In this document: positions 22,088 through 34,269 of the stretch, one piece after another
Layout: each line of letters starts with the position of its first letter
How positions within the stretch are numbered: position 1 is the first letter of the stretch
Assembly: GCA_002897735.1 (NCBI GenBank)
Contig: BDTW01000024.1
Coordinates: 25,598 to 89,597 of the forward strand
Reading direction: 5' to 3'
Origin: a bacterium BMS3Bbin13
Lineage (GTDB): Bacteria; Pseudomonadota; Gammaproteobacteria; 21-64-14
DNA: 64,000 bases
The notes under the pieces: generated by a model
Seen by the model: only the letters and a program-made list of their open reading frames with translations
The model's database searches: none
Told to the model about the DNA's origin: nothing
Translations under genes and position numbers: made by a program

Positions 22088-22116
22088 ACCCGCCACGAGT
22101 TGTATCGTGGATCCGG

Positions 22117-22141
22117 CCCCGCCGCAAGGCGGGGTTTTTTA
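22117..22141 (+). terminator. rho-independent terminator of cspA
   Basis: CCCCGCC-GCAA-GGCGGGG stem-loop followed by TTTTTTA. Confidence 0.8.
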
Positions 22142-22226
22142 TGTGTACCGGGCGTAGTCGCTATAATTTCGCACCTACCCGGGCATTTCCCACCAGAGCG
22201 GCCGCGCGCACCGCGGCCGGTACACC

Positions 22227-23816
22227 ATGACCGATCTTTGCGACGAAACTGCGAGGCGACGGACCTTCGCGATCATCTCACACCCGGACGCGGGCAAGAC
22301 CACGCTTACCGAGAAACTGCTGCTGTTCGGCGGGGCGATCCAGTTCGCCGGCACCGTGAAGGGGCGCAAGTCGGCGCGTCACGCCACCTCCGACTGGATG
22401 GAGTTGGAGAAGCAGCGCGGCATCTCCGTGACCTCTTCGGTGATGCAGTTTCCCTACGGCGGGCGCATCGTAAACCTGCTGGATACGCCGGGGCATGAGG
22501 ACTTCTCGGAAGACACCTACCGCACCCTGACGGCGGTGGATTCGGCGCTGATGGTGATCGACGCGGCGCGCGGCGTGGAGAAGCGCACCATCAAGCTGAT
22601 GGAGGTGTGCCGGCTGCGCGAGATGCCGATCATGACGTTCATCAACAAGCTCGATCGCGAGGGCCGTGATCCGATCGAGCTGATGGACGAGATCGAGACG
22701 GTGCTGGGGATCCGTTGTGCTCCGGTGACCTGGCCGATCGGCAGCGGGCGCCGCTTCCGCGGCGTCTATCATCTGGTGGAGGATACGGTGCGTCTCCTCG
22801 GCCCTGATCGCTCCGGGCGCTCCGGTCGGGCCGTCGAAGGTCGGATCGTGCGCGGCCTCGACAATCCGCTGCTCGACGAGGCCCTGGGCGGGCAGGTCGC
22901 CGAGCTGCGCGCCGAGGTCGAACTGGTGCGCGGGGCGAGCCACGCGTTCTCGGTGGAGCCGTACCTCGCCGGGGAACTCACGCCGGTGTTCTTCGGTTCG
23001 GCGATCAATGCGTTCGGTGTGCGCGAACTGCTCGAGGGCTTCGTCGAGTACGCCCCGTCGCCGCTGCCGCGCGCGACCCGCGGCCGGTTGGTCGAACCGA
23101 CGGAGGAGGCGTTCAGCGGTTTCGTCTTCAAGATCCAGGCGAACATGGATCCTCAGCACCGGGACCGCATCGCGTTTCTGCGCATCACCTCGGGCGTGTA
23201 CGGGAAGGGGATGAAGATGCGCCAGGTGCGGATCGGGCGCGATGTGCAGATCGCCAATGCGCTGACGTTCATGGCGCGCGAACGCGAGCATGTGGACAAG
23301 GCCTACCCCGGCGATATCATCGGTCTCTACAACCATGGGACGATCCGGATCGGGGATACCTTCACCGCCGGCGAGGACCTGCAGTTCGTCGGCATTCCCG
23401 ACTTTGCGCCGGAACTGTTCCGCCGGGTGGTGCTGCGGGACCCGATGCGGATGAAGGCGGTGCAGAAGGGGCTCGACCAGTTGAGCGAGGAGGGGGCGAC
23501 GCAGGTGTTTCGCCCGCTCGTCGGCAACGATCTGATCCTGGGGGCGGTGGGCGCGCTGCAGTTCGATGTGGTCGCCTACCGGCTGCGCCACGAGTACGGA
23601 GTCGACTGCGTCTATGAGCCGGTCAACGTCGCCGTCGCCCGTTGGGTGGACTGCGCCGATGCCAAGCGGTTTGCGGATTTCCGCGACAAGGCCGGACCCC
23701 ACCTCGCCCTGGACGGCGCCGGCAACCTCACCTATCTGGCGCCGACGCGGATCAATCTCGAACTGACCATGGAACGCTGGCCGGAAATCCGCTTCCACGC
23801 CACACGCGAACACTGA
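22227..23816 (+). CDS. prfC: peptide chain release factor 3
   Basis: [29 protein letters not shown] and NKLDR. 529 aa. Confidence 0.95.
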   Translation: MTDLCDETARRRTFAIISHPDAGKTTLTEKLLLFGGAIQFAGTVKGRKSARHATSDWMELEKQRGISVTSSVMQFPYGGRIVNLLDTPGHEDFSEDTYRTLTAVDSALMVIDAARGVEKRTIKLMEVCRLREMPIMTFINKLDREGRDPIELMDEIETVLGIRCAPVTWPIGSGRRFRGVYHLVEDTVRLLGPDRSGRSGRAVEGRIVRGLDNPLLDEALGGQVAELRAEVELVRGASHAFSVEPYLAGELTPVFFGSAINAFGVRELLEGFVEYAPSPLPRATRGRLVEPTEEAFSGFVFKIQANMDPQHRDRIAFLRITSGVYGKGMKMRQVRIGRDVQIANALTFMAREREHVDKAYPGDIIGLYNHGTIRIGDTFTAGEDLQFVGIPDFAPELFRRVVLRDPMRMKAVQKGLDQLSEEGATQVFRPLVGNDLILGAVGALQFDVVAYRLRHEYGVDCVYEPVNVAVARWVDCADAKRFADFRDKAGPHLALDGAGNLTYLAPTRINLELTMERWPEIRFHATREH

Positions 23817-23831
23817 GCCGCGGCGCGGGTC

Positions 23832-25049
23832 TCAGCCGGCGTAGCGCTGGAGCACCAGGCAGGCATTGGTGCCTCCGAATCCGAAGCTGTTGGACATCAC
23901 GGTGTTGAGTTCGGCGTTGTCGCGGCGCTCGCGCACGATCGGCAGTCCCTCGGCGATCGGATCGAGTTCGGTGATGTTCGCCGAGGCCGATACGAACCCC
24001 GTCTCCATCATCAGCAGGCAATAGATGGCCTCGTTCACGCCGGCCGCACCGAGGGCGTGGCCGGTCAGGGATTTCGTGGAACTGATGAGGGGCGCGCGCT
24101 CCCCGAAGATCTCGCGGATCGCCTCCAACTCGCGCGCGTCGCCTACCGGCGTACTGGTCCCGTGGGCGTTGATGTAGTCGGGCGCGCCTTCCACGCCCTT
24201 GAGCGCCTGACGCATGCAGCGCACGGCGCCCTCGCCGGAGGGGGCGACCATGTCGTGACCGTCGGAGGTGGCGCCGTAGCCCACGACCTCGGCGTAGATC
24301 TTGGCCCCGCGCGCGCGCGCGTGCTCGAGTTCTTCCAACACCACGAGACCCCCGCCGCCGGAGATGACGAACCCGTCGCGTGCCGTGTCGTACGGGCGCG
24401 AGGCGCTCTGCGGGGTGTCGTTGAACTTGGAGGAGAGCGCTCCCATGGCGTCGAACAACAGCGTCATGGTCCAGTGGACCTCCTCGCCGCCGCCGGCGAA
24501 GACGATATCCTGTTTGCCCATCTGGATCAGTTCGCAGCCGTTACCGATGCAGTGGGCACTGGTGGCGCAGGCGGAGCTGATGGAATAGCTCACGCCTTTG
24601 ATCCGGAACAGGGTGGAGAGATTCGCCGAGGTGGTGCTCCCCATGGTGCGCGGCACCATGAAGGGTCCGACCTTGCGGGCGCCCTTGCTGCGCAGCAGGT
24701 CGACGGCCGCCAGATTGTTGGCCGTCGACGCGCCGCCGGAGCCGGTGATCAGGCCGGTGAGCGGGTGGGAGACGTCGCGCTCCTCCAATCCCGCGTCCTC
24801 GATCGCCTCACGCATCGCCAGATAGCTGTACGCGGCGGCATCGCCCATCATGCGCCGCGCACGGCGCTCGATGCGTTCGGCGATGTCCACGCGGGGCGGT
24901 CCGTGGATATGGCTGCGGAACCCGAGTTCCGCGTACTCCGGGCAGAACTCGATCCCGGAACGACCTTCGCGCAGGGAGTTACGCACCTCTTCGCGATTGT
25001 TTCCGATGCTGGAGATCACCCCCAGCCCTGTGACGACCACGCGCCTCAC
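23832..25049 (-). CDS. fabB: beta-ketoacyl-ACP synthase I
   Basis: [13 protein letters not shown] (active Cys), NAHGTSTP and [12 protein letters not shown] at 25049 is preceded by GGGAGGAG and gives 405 aa. It follows fabA. Confidence 0.9.
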   Translation of the reverse strand: MRRVVVTGLGVISSIGNNREEVRNSLREGRSGIEFCPEYAELGFRSHIHGPPRVDIAERIERRARRMMGDAAAYSYLAMREAIEDAGLEERDVSHPLTGLITGSGGASTANNLAAVDLLRSKGARKVGPFMVPRTMGSTTSANLSTLFRIKGVSYSISSACATSAHCIGNGCELIQMGKQDIVFAGGGEEVHWTMTLLFDAMGALSSKFNDTPQSASRPYDTARDGFVISGGGGLVVLEELEHARARGAKIYAEVVGYGATSDGHDMVAPSGEGAVRCMRQALKGVEGAPDYINAHGTSTPVGDARELEAIREIFGERAPLISSTKSLTGHALGAAGVNEAIYCLLMMETGFVSASANITELDPIAEGLPIVRERRDNAELNTVMSNSFGFGGTNACLVLQRYAG

Positions 25050-25069
25050 GACCACTCCTCCCGAACCGT

Positions 25070-25585
25070 CTAGAAATTTTCCGTGCTGGTGAACAGGCCC
25101 ACACGCAGGCCCGCGGCCGTGTAGATCTCGCGCCCGTCCACCTCGACGGCACCGTCTGCAATACCCATGTACAGCCTGCGCATGATGAGCCGTTTCATGT
25201 CCACCCGGTAGCGGATCCGCCGGCAGTCGGGTGTGATCTGCCCGGAGAACTTGACGTCCCCAACGCCCAGCGCCCGCCCGCGACCCGGTCCTCCCATCCA
25301 GCCGAGGAAGAAGCCCAGCAACTGCCACAGGGCATCGAGTCCCAGGCATCCGGGCATGACCGGGTCACCCTGGAAATGGCAGTCGAAGAACCACAGCTCG
25401 GGGCGGATATCCAGTTCCGCGATCACCAGCCCCTTCCCATGGGCGCCGCCTTCGGAGCTGATCCGGGTGATCCGGTCGAACATGAGCATCGGCGGCAGCG
25501 GCAACTGCGCATTGCCCGGTCCGAACAACTCGCCACGGGCGCATTGGAGCAACTCCTCATAGGCGTACGCGTTCTTCTGTGTCAA
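25070..25585 (-). CDS. fabA: 3-hydroxydecanoyl-ACP dehydratase/isomerase
   Basis: [22 protein letters not shown] and [20 protein letters not shown]. The only family-length start is the TTG at 25585 (171 aa), so the start is uncertain. Confidence 0.85.
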   Translation of the reverse strand: MTQKNAYAYEELLQCARGELFGPGNAQLPLPPMLMFDRITRISSEGGAHGKGLVIAELDIRPELWFFDCHFQGDPVMPGCLGLDALWQLLGFFLGWMGGPGRGRALGVGDVKFSGQITPDCRRIRYRVDMKRLIMRRLYMGIADGAVEVDGREIYTAAGLRVGLFTSTENF

Positions 25586-25928
25586 ACGTGCGGTTCCCGT
25601 GATGTGGGCGGCGCCGGCCGCGCTCCGCCGGACGAGGGCGAAAGCGTACCACAAGGCGGCGTCGGAGTGCGGCACCGTGTGGCGTCCGGTACCGGGACCG
25701 ACCCATGCCGCCCGCCCGGGAGGTCGGCGGTCCGCCCCGGACCGGTCGCGACCGCACCGCCCGGAGGGAGGAGTGTAACCTATTGTTTTTCCGCGGTTTT
25801 GACTCGGGCCGCCGACGCGAGGTTTTATTTCGTTGAAAATTGGATAGAATCTGCGAACCTTGGTATTTTCGCACACATCCCTGTCCGGCGGGCAGGGCGT
25901 GCCCATCCGATCGGCAGGAGAGGCGCCG

Positions 25929-26567
25929 GTGAACATCGATTCGATCAAGAGTGCTTACCGTCGCTACGCCCGCGTGTACGACGCCCTGTTCGGCCCCATC
26001 TTCCACCCCGCCCGCAAGCTCATCGTCCAGTCCCTGAACGCCAGGCCCGGCGACCGCGTATTGGAGGTCGGCGTGGGAACGGGACTGTCCCTGCCGCTGT
26101 ATCGCGACGATGCGCGGGTGGTCGGGATCGATATCTCCACCGAGATGCTGGACAAGGCCCGCCAGCGCGTGCGCGAACGCAGTTTGTCGCAGGTCGAAGC
26201 GGTGCTGGAGATGGACGCGGAGCACATGGATTTTCCTGACAACAGCTTCGACAAGGTCGTCGCGATGTACGTGGTCTCGGTCGTGCCCGATCCCGCGCGT
26301 CTGGTGGACGAGATGCGCCGTGTGTGCAAACCGAGCGGTGAAATCTACATCGTGAACCACTTCCGCTCGCGGAATCCGCTCATAGGGGCGTCGGAGGGAT
26401 TGATGTCGCCGCTGTCGAAGTTGGCGGGGTTTCGCCCCGACATGGATCTGGACCAGTTTCTGGAATCGACGCAATTGAACGTCGTGGAAGCGTGTCGCGC
26501 CAACCTGTTCGGCTACTGGAAGGTGCTGCGTTGCCGCAACGGCGTCAAGGAGTCGATGGTCGCCTGA
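25929..26567 (+). CDS. class I SAM-dependent methyltransferase (UbiE/PmtA-like)
   Basis: [12 protein letters not shown] motif I and VVGIDIS motif II. GTG at 25929 follows AGGAGA. Confidence 0.7.
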   Translation: MNIDSIKSAYRRYARVYDALFGPIFHPARKLIVQSLNARPGDRVLEVGVGTGLSLPLYRDDARVVGIDISTEMLDKARQRVRERSLSQVEAVLEMDAEHMDFPDNSFDKVVAMYVVSVVPDPARLVDEMRRVCKPSGEIYIVNHFRSRNPLIGASEGLMSPLSKLAGFRPDMDLDQFLESTQLNVVEACRANLFGYWKVLRCRNGVKESMVA

Positions 26568-26581
26568 GGACGCACTCGCGA

Positions 26582-26603
26582 GGGCCGGCGAGTGCGCCGG
26601 CCC
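26582..26603. terminator. GC hairpin between convergent genes (possible bidirectional terminator)
   Basis: GGGCCGGCG-AGTG-CGCCGGCCC, a 9-bp perfect stem with no U-tract. Confidence 0.3.
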
Positions 26604-26612
26604 GGGGTCGGT

Positions 26613-27116
26613 TCAGCCGAACAGTCTCTGCGCGATCTCCGCGACGTGTCGGCCCTGGAAGCGGGCGATCGCCAACTCGTTCTCCGAGGGTGTGCGGCTG
26701 CCGTCGCCGCCCGCCAGGGTGGTCGCGCCGTACGGGGTGCCGCCGCTGACCGCGCTCACATCGAGCAGACCCGGGCAGGAATAGGGAACCCCGACGATCA
26801 CCATGCCGTGATGCAGCAGGGTGGTGTGGAAGGAGGTGAGGGTCGTCTCCTGCCCGCCGTGCTGACTCGCAGTGCTCGCGAACACGCCGCCCACCTTGCC
26901 GATCAGCGCCCCGGACATCCACAGGCCGCCGGTCTGATCGAGGAAGTTGCGCATCTGCGCGGACATGTTGCCGAACCGGGCGGGGGTGCCGAACAGGATC
27001 GCGTCGTAGTCGGCCAGTTCCTTGGGGTCGGCCACCGATGCGGCTTGGTCGAGCTTCGCCCCCGCCTCCCGGGCCCGCTCCTCGGGGATCAGTTCCGGCA
27101 CGCGTTTTACGGTGAC
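26613..27116 (-). pseudogene. wrbA: 5'-truncated NAD(P)H:quinone oxidoreductase WrbA
   Basis: VTVKRVPE...[34 protein letters not shown]...[20 protein letters not shown] aligns to WrbA from about residue 33 to the C-terminus. The FMN-binding N-terminus (YYSxYGH) is absent, and upstream codons are antisense to a LysR fragment. Confidence 0.7.
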
Positions 27117-27425
27117 GAGTGGCGTTTCCGCGGTGCGCGCAACGGCGAATCGGTGCGGGTATCCGGGAACCTGCGTGCGAACAACGGCGAGACGTTGCGC
27201 GAGGCGGCGGTGGCGGGGCTCGGCATCATTCACAGCCCGACCTTTCTGGTGGGCGAGGACCTCAAGGCGGGGCGGCTGAAGCGGATTCTGCCCCGCCATG
27301 CCCTGCCCGAACTCTCCATCCACGCACTCTATGCGCAACGTCGGCACTTGCCCGCGAAGGTGCGGGTGTTCATCGAATTCCTCGCGGCGCGCTTCGCCCC
27401 GGAGCCCGCCTGGGACGCGCCGTAA
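27117..27425 (+). pseudogene. C-terminal fragment (about 100 aa) of a LysR-family regulator
   Basis: [59 protein letters not shown]...[22 protein letters not shown] is a canonical LysR effector-domain C-terminus. No HTH or N-terminal two thirds are present. Confidence 0.65.
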
Positions 27426-27571
27426 TCCCCTGTCCTTGACCGCCGCCGGTGCGTAGTCCCTCTCGATGAACCGGACCGCAGATGCGAATGAGACGTATGT
27501 TCCGCCGATTTCCACTATACTGAAAAAAGGGTTGGTGCTTGCCTGCGGATACGTAGTGGGGGGGACGGGTC

Positions 27572-28000
27572 ATGAAGACGGTACGCCAGTTACTCGACGA
27601 GAAGGGATCGACGGTCTGGACGATCGCCCCGGATGCCTCGGTGTATGAAGCGATCGCACTTGTGGCCGAGAAAAACATCGGTGCACTCCTGGTGGTGCAA
27701 GACGGGAAGCCGGTCGGGTTGGTCTCGGAGCGGGACTACGCGCGCAAGGTGATTCTGAAGGGGCACACTGCCGGCACCTTGTCGGTGCGGGACATTATGA
27801 CTCGGCGCCCGGTCTGTACGGATCCGGATGAGACATTGGAGCAATGTATGGCGGTGATCACCGAGCGGCGGGTGCGGCATCTGCCGGTGCTCGAGTGCGG
27901 CGACATCATCGGGCTGATCTCGATCGGGGACTTGGTCAAGGCCATCATCGACGAGCAGCAATTCGTCATCGAGCAACTGGAACGCTATATCAGCGGATAG
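27572..28000 (+). CDS. CBS-pair domain protein
   Basis: 142 aa with two CBS repeats (IGALLVVQDGKPVGLVSERD; VRHLPVLECGDIIGLISIGD). Confidence 0.85.
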   Translation: MKTVRQLLDEKGSTVWTIAPDASVYEAIALVAEKNIGALLVVQDGKPVGLVSERDYARKVILKGHTAGTLSVRDIMTRRPVCTDPDETLEQCMAVITERRVRHLPVLECGDIIGLISIGDLVKAIIDEQQFVIEQLERYISG

Positions 28001-28197
28001 ACGCGCGGAACAGTCCGTGTTCCTCATCCGCCTCGTCGTCGGAAGGCGCGGCGATACCGCCGCCGGCGACGGGGAAAGCCCGATACGGATCCCGGGGCGC
28101 CGTTTCGCGCGCAGGGAGACCGGCGAGGCGGGGGGTCGCGCGGAACTCGAGCATGAGTTGATGCAGGGGGGCTGCACATCGTGGCCCGCGGAGAATC

Positions 28198-28539
28198 ATG
28201 GAGACGATGATGGACTTTCGAAAGATCACGGCGATCATCCAGAAGGCCGCCTTGGAGAAGGTGGAGGAGCGGCTTCGGGATCTGGGTGTGCCGGGCATCA
28301 GCGTGACGCAGGTGAAGGGCTACGGACATTACGCGAATTTTTTCTCGAAGGACTGGCTGGTGAGCCATGTGCGTGTCGAGGTCTTCATCGGGCAGGCACG
28401 CGCCGAGGAGGTCACGACGGCGATCATGAACGCCGCGCATACCGGTATGGACGGCGACGGGATCGTCGCCGTGCTCCCGGTCGAGTCCGTCTATCACATC
28501 CGGACGCTGCAGAAGTGCGGTAAGGATGTATGCGATTAG
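28198..28539 (+). CDS. P-II family signal-transduction protein (non-canonical, short T-loop)
   Basis: FRKITAIIQKAALEKVEERLRDLGVPGISVTQVKGYG...TGMDGDGIVAVLPVESVYHIRT aligns to GlnB/GlnK. The true start may be ATG at 28207 or 28210. Confidence 0.8.
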   Translation: METMMDFRKITAIIQKAALEKVEERLRDLGVPGISVTQVKGYGHYANFFSKDWLVSHVRVEVFIGQARAEEVTTAIMNAAHTGMDGDGIVAVLPVESVYHIRTLQKCGKDVCD

Positions 28540-28882
28540 GACACGGCCGGTCCGGCGCGCCGGGTAGTCCCCGGGCTGCGGTGCACCGGGGGCGGCGCGG
28601 GAAAGGGTTTCCCGCACGGCCGATCACCCAATGTGCCGGTCGCACGTCGTCTGCGTTACGCGCTCCTCACTTCGTTGTTGACCCGTTGCCGGCCCGACGG
28701 ACTTCGGGTCTTTCGATCCTCCCGCGGCGCGGCGGCATGCCGGCCGTTTCCAAGGCGGTGCCCGCCCGGGTATCCTAATCGGCGGTGTAACCGGTATCCT
28801 GTCGGCGTGACGGGCGCACCCGCGGGGCGCGGGTCGTGACGCACAACGGCGGGATCGGTCGGCCCGGGTCTGAAAAAGCAAG

Positions 28883-31593
<2,711 letters not shown>

Positions 31594-31684
31594 GCCGCCT
31601 CCTTCCCGTTCTCCCCGATGGTTGAACCACCTCCATCTTGGCGCATCACGCCGCCGAAGTGGAAGGGGAGGAAACCATCTCATC

Positions 31685-32090
31685 GGACGGAGCGAAGCGC
31701 AATCCGGAGCGTCCTGTCTCCGGGTGTGTTCCCCGGATTTCGGCCTTCGGCCTGTATCCGGGCTACATCTGAGGGTTCTCGATGTGGCCTGGACGGAGCG
31801 AAGCGCAATCCGGAGCGTCCTGTCTCCGGGTGTGTTCCCCGGATTTCGGCCTTCGGCCTGTATCCGGGCTACATCTGAGGGTTCTCGATGTGGCCTGGAT
31901 GGAGCGGAGCGCAATCCGGAGCGTCCTGTCTCCGGGTGTGTTCCCCGGATTTCGGCCTTCGGCCTGTATCCGGGCTACATCTGAGGGTTCTCGATGTGGC
32001 CTGGACGGAGCGGAGCGCAATCCGGGGACGGTGATCCGGGGTTTGTGCCGGGATCCCCGGCCTTCGGCCTGTATCCGGGCTACATTGTGG
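31685..32090. repeat. 106-bp tandem repeat: three near-identical copies plus one degenerate copy, each carrying a GTAG-type REP hairpin
   Basis: Copies start at 31685, 31791, 31897 and 32003. Copies 1 and 2 are identical, and copy 3 differs at 2 positions. The minus strand of each reads GTAGCCCGGATACAGGCCGAAGGCCGAAATCCGGG. Confidence 0.85.
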
Positions 32091-32195
32091 CCATTTGTTT
32101 GCGATGGGGTTCGTTTCCGGGTGGCGCCCTTGCACGTCCTTTGCGGCCTCGGGTATGGTGTGGGCCGGTTTTCGGAGCCCGGAGGGGGCCACGCG

Positions 32196-33128
32196 ATGTC
32201 GGCACTGATCTGTGGATCGTTCGCCTTCGACACCATCATGGTGTTCAACGATCGGTTTAAGAATCACATCCTGCCCGAGCAGGTGCACATCCTCAACGTC
32301 TCGTTTCTGGTGCCCGAGATGCGCCGCGAATTCGGCGGGTGCGCCGGCAACATCGCCTACAACCTGCGGCTGCTGGGCGGCGCCGGGCGGCCGATGGGCA
32401 CCGTCGGGACCGATTTTGCGCCGTATGCGGCCTGGATGGACGAGAACGCCGTCGAGCGGCGTTATGTGACCGAGATCGACGGGACCTATTCCGCGCAGGC
32501 CTATATCACCACCGACCTGGACGACAACCAGATCACCGCCTTCCACCCGGGGGCGATGAACCACGCGCACATCAACCGCGTCCCCACGGGAGACGGGATC
32601 ACGCTCGGCATCGTCTCGCCCGACGGGCGCCGGGGGATGATCGAGCACGCCGCGCAGTTCGCGGCCGCCGGCATCCCCTTCGTGTTCGACCCGGGGCAGG
32701 GCATGCCGATGTTCGGCGGCGAGGATTTGAAGACCTTCCTCGATCAGGCGACGTGGGTCACCGTCAACGACTACGAATTCCAACTCATGCAGGAGCGTAC
32801 CGGGCTCTCGCCCGCCGAGCTGGCCGCACGTGTGCAGGCGCTGATCGTAACGCGCGGTGCGGAGGGTTCCACGATCCATACCGGCGGGCGTGCCATCGGG
32901 ATTCCCGCCGCACCGGTACGTGGGGTCGCCGATCCGACCGGCTGCGGGGACGCCTACCGGGCGGGCCTGCTCTACGGGTTGATGGACGACCTGGACTGGG
33001 ATACTACGGGGCGTATCGCCGCGCTGATGGGGGCCGTCAAGGTCGAGTCCTACGGCACCCAGAATCACCGCTTCGACCGGGCGGAGTTCGCAAACCGGTT
33101 CAAGGAGGCGTTCGGTTACGACCTCTGA
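32196..33128 (+). CDS. PfkB-family carbohydrate/nucleoside kinase
   Basis: GGCAGNIAYNL and DPTGCGDAYRAG (PfkB signature 2). ATG at 32196 follows GGAGGGGG. Confidence 0.8.
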   Translation: MSALICGSFAFDTIMVFNDRFKNHILPEQVHILNVSFLVPEMRREFGGCAGNIAYNLRLLGGAGRPMGTVGTDFAPYAAWMDENAVERRYVTEIDGTYSAQAYITTDLDDNQITAFHPGAMNHAHINRVPTGDGITLGIVSPDGRRGMIEHAAQFAAAGIPFVFDPGQGMPMFGGEDLKTFLDQATWVTVNDYEFQLMQERTGLSPAELAARVQALIVTRGAEGSTIHTGGRAIGIPAAPVRGVADPTGCGDAYRAGLLYGLMDDLDWDTTGRIAALMGAVKVESYGTQNHRFDRAEFANRFKEAFGYDL

Positions 33129-33353
33129 CTCAGTGGAAGTAAGCCCCCGGCTTTGCCGGTTGTGTTTGCTATCGTGAGTGACACCAAGAACGAAGATATC
33201 ACAATACCTTTTCCCCCTCGGCTTAACCTTCGTGCCGCCTTGAGGAGGTGGAGGCCGGCAGGATATGGTTATCGAGTGTCCATAGCGAAGATTCCGGTCA
33301 ACGCGGGCAGGAGCAGACCGAAACGGTATGATTCAGAATAGAAAAATATAACC

Positions 33354-34262
33354 ATGCCCTATCCCATCATCAGACTTGCCGAAGATGCGCCTGCCCAGCT
33401 TGAGCAACTGGGCACCAAGACCAAGTTCTGGTATCGCGATGAAAATGGCCTTCGTATGATGTTTAAACAAGGCAGGCCCGGTACGGGCGAGAACTGGGCC
33501 GAAAAGGTTTGTTGCGAGATCTGCCGCCTGCTGGATATACCACATGCTGAGTATGAATTAGCAGTCTGGAAAAGAGACCAAAAGGGTGTGGTTACGCCAA
33601 CTTTCGTCCCGAAAGGCGGTCGTTTGGTGTTGGGCAACGAACTGCTGGCGCGAATTGTAGATGATTATGATCAGACCAAACCTTTCCGGGCACGCCAGCA
33701 TACAGTGCGAACTGTGATGGCGGTGGCCTCATCTAAGGCGGTCGGTTTTCCGATGGGCTGGAACCACCCGAAATCTATTGCAGATGCAGCGGGTGTTTTC
33801 GTCGGTTACTTGATGCTCGATGCGCTGGTCGGCAATCAGGATCGCCACCACGAAAACTGGGGTGTAATATTTTTGCCCGAAGAAGGTGTATTCTTTGCCC
33901 CCACATTTGACCATGCCTCCAGCCTGGGTCGTAATGAGGCCGATGCTGCTTGCACCGACAGATTGACGACCAAAGACAAAGGCCGAAGTGTTGAGACCTT
34001 TGTCGCACGTGCCAAGTCGGCCTTTTATAGTACACATTCGAGTACTAAGTCCATAACAACCTTGGATGCATTTCGGGAAGCGGCTAAAATCAGGCCTGAA
34101 GCGGCCAATCACTGGGTAGGCCAATTGGCCGGTGTTAGTATGAAAAGTTGCAGGAAGATTCTCGCTGAAATCCCTAATACTGAGATTTCGACGCCTGCCC
34201 GTGATTTTGCCGGTAGAATGTTAGAAATTAACGCTAACAGGATTTCTCAAATATCATTATGA
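33354..34262 (+). CDS. HipA-family Ser/Thr kinase core (HipT-like, no N-terminal subdomain)
   Basis: Gly-rich/Lys loop LGTKTKFWY at residues 19-27, catalytic loop LDALVGNQDRHHENWG (about residues 155-170), and Mg-binding PTFDHASSLG (about residues 183-192). 302 aa, low GC. Confidence 0.75.
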   Translation: MPYPIIRLAEDAPAQLEQLGTKTKFWYRDENGLRMMFKQGRPGTGENWAEKVCCEICRLLDIPHAEYELAVWKRDQKGVVTPTFVPKGGRLVLGNELLARIVDDYDQTKPFRARQHTVRTVMAVASSKAVGFPMGWNHPKSIADAAGVFVGYLMLDALVGNQDRHHENWGVIFLPEEGVFFAPTFDHASSLGRNEADAACTDRLTTKDKGRSVETFVARAKSAFYSTHSSTKSITTLDAFREAAKIRPEAANHWVGQLAGVSMKSCRKILAEIPNTEISTPARDFAGRMLEINANRISQISL

Positions 34263-34269
34263 GAAGGCT

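Noticed and set aside
25586-25948. N-terminal 120-residue extension of the fabA ORF
   Set aside because: FabA homology begins at about residue 121 of the ORF, and the extension is Arg/Pro/Gly-rich and covers the divergent promoter region.
26613-27515. 300-aa ORF as an intact gene
   Set aside because: Only the C-terminal 167 residues are WrbA-like. The N-terminal part is the antisense reading of a LysR C-terminal fragment. It is interpreted as a chimeric artefact of a deletion.
31618-32260. Several 86-448-aa ORFs starting inside the 106-bp repeats (for example 31618-31878 and 31763-32248, plus the 5' part of 31782-33128)
   Set aside because: Their sequences are just repeated translations of the tandem units. 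The real PfkB gene starts at 32196, after an SD.
33153-33341. 62-codon ORF upstream of the kinase as a possible HipB-like antitoxin
   Set aside because: It has a TTG start, no SD, no helix-turn-helix pattern, and an Arg/Pro-rich, irregular composition.
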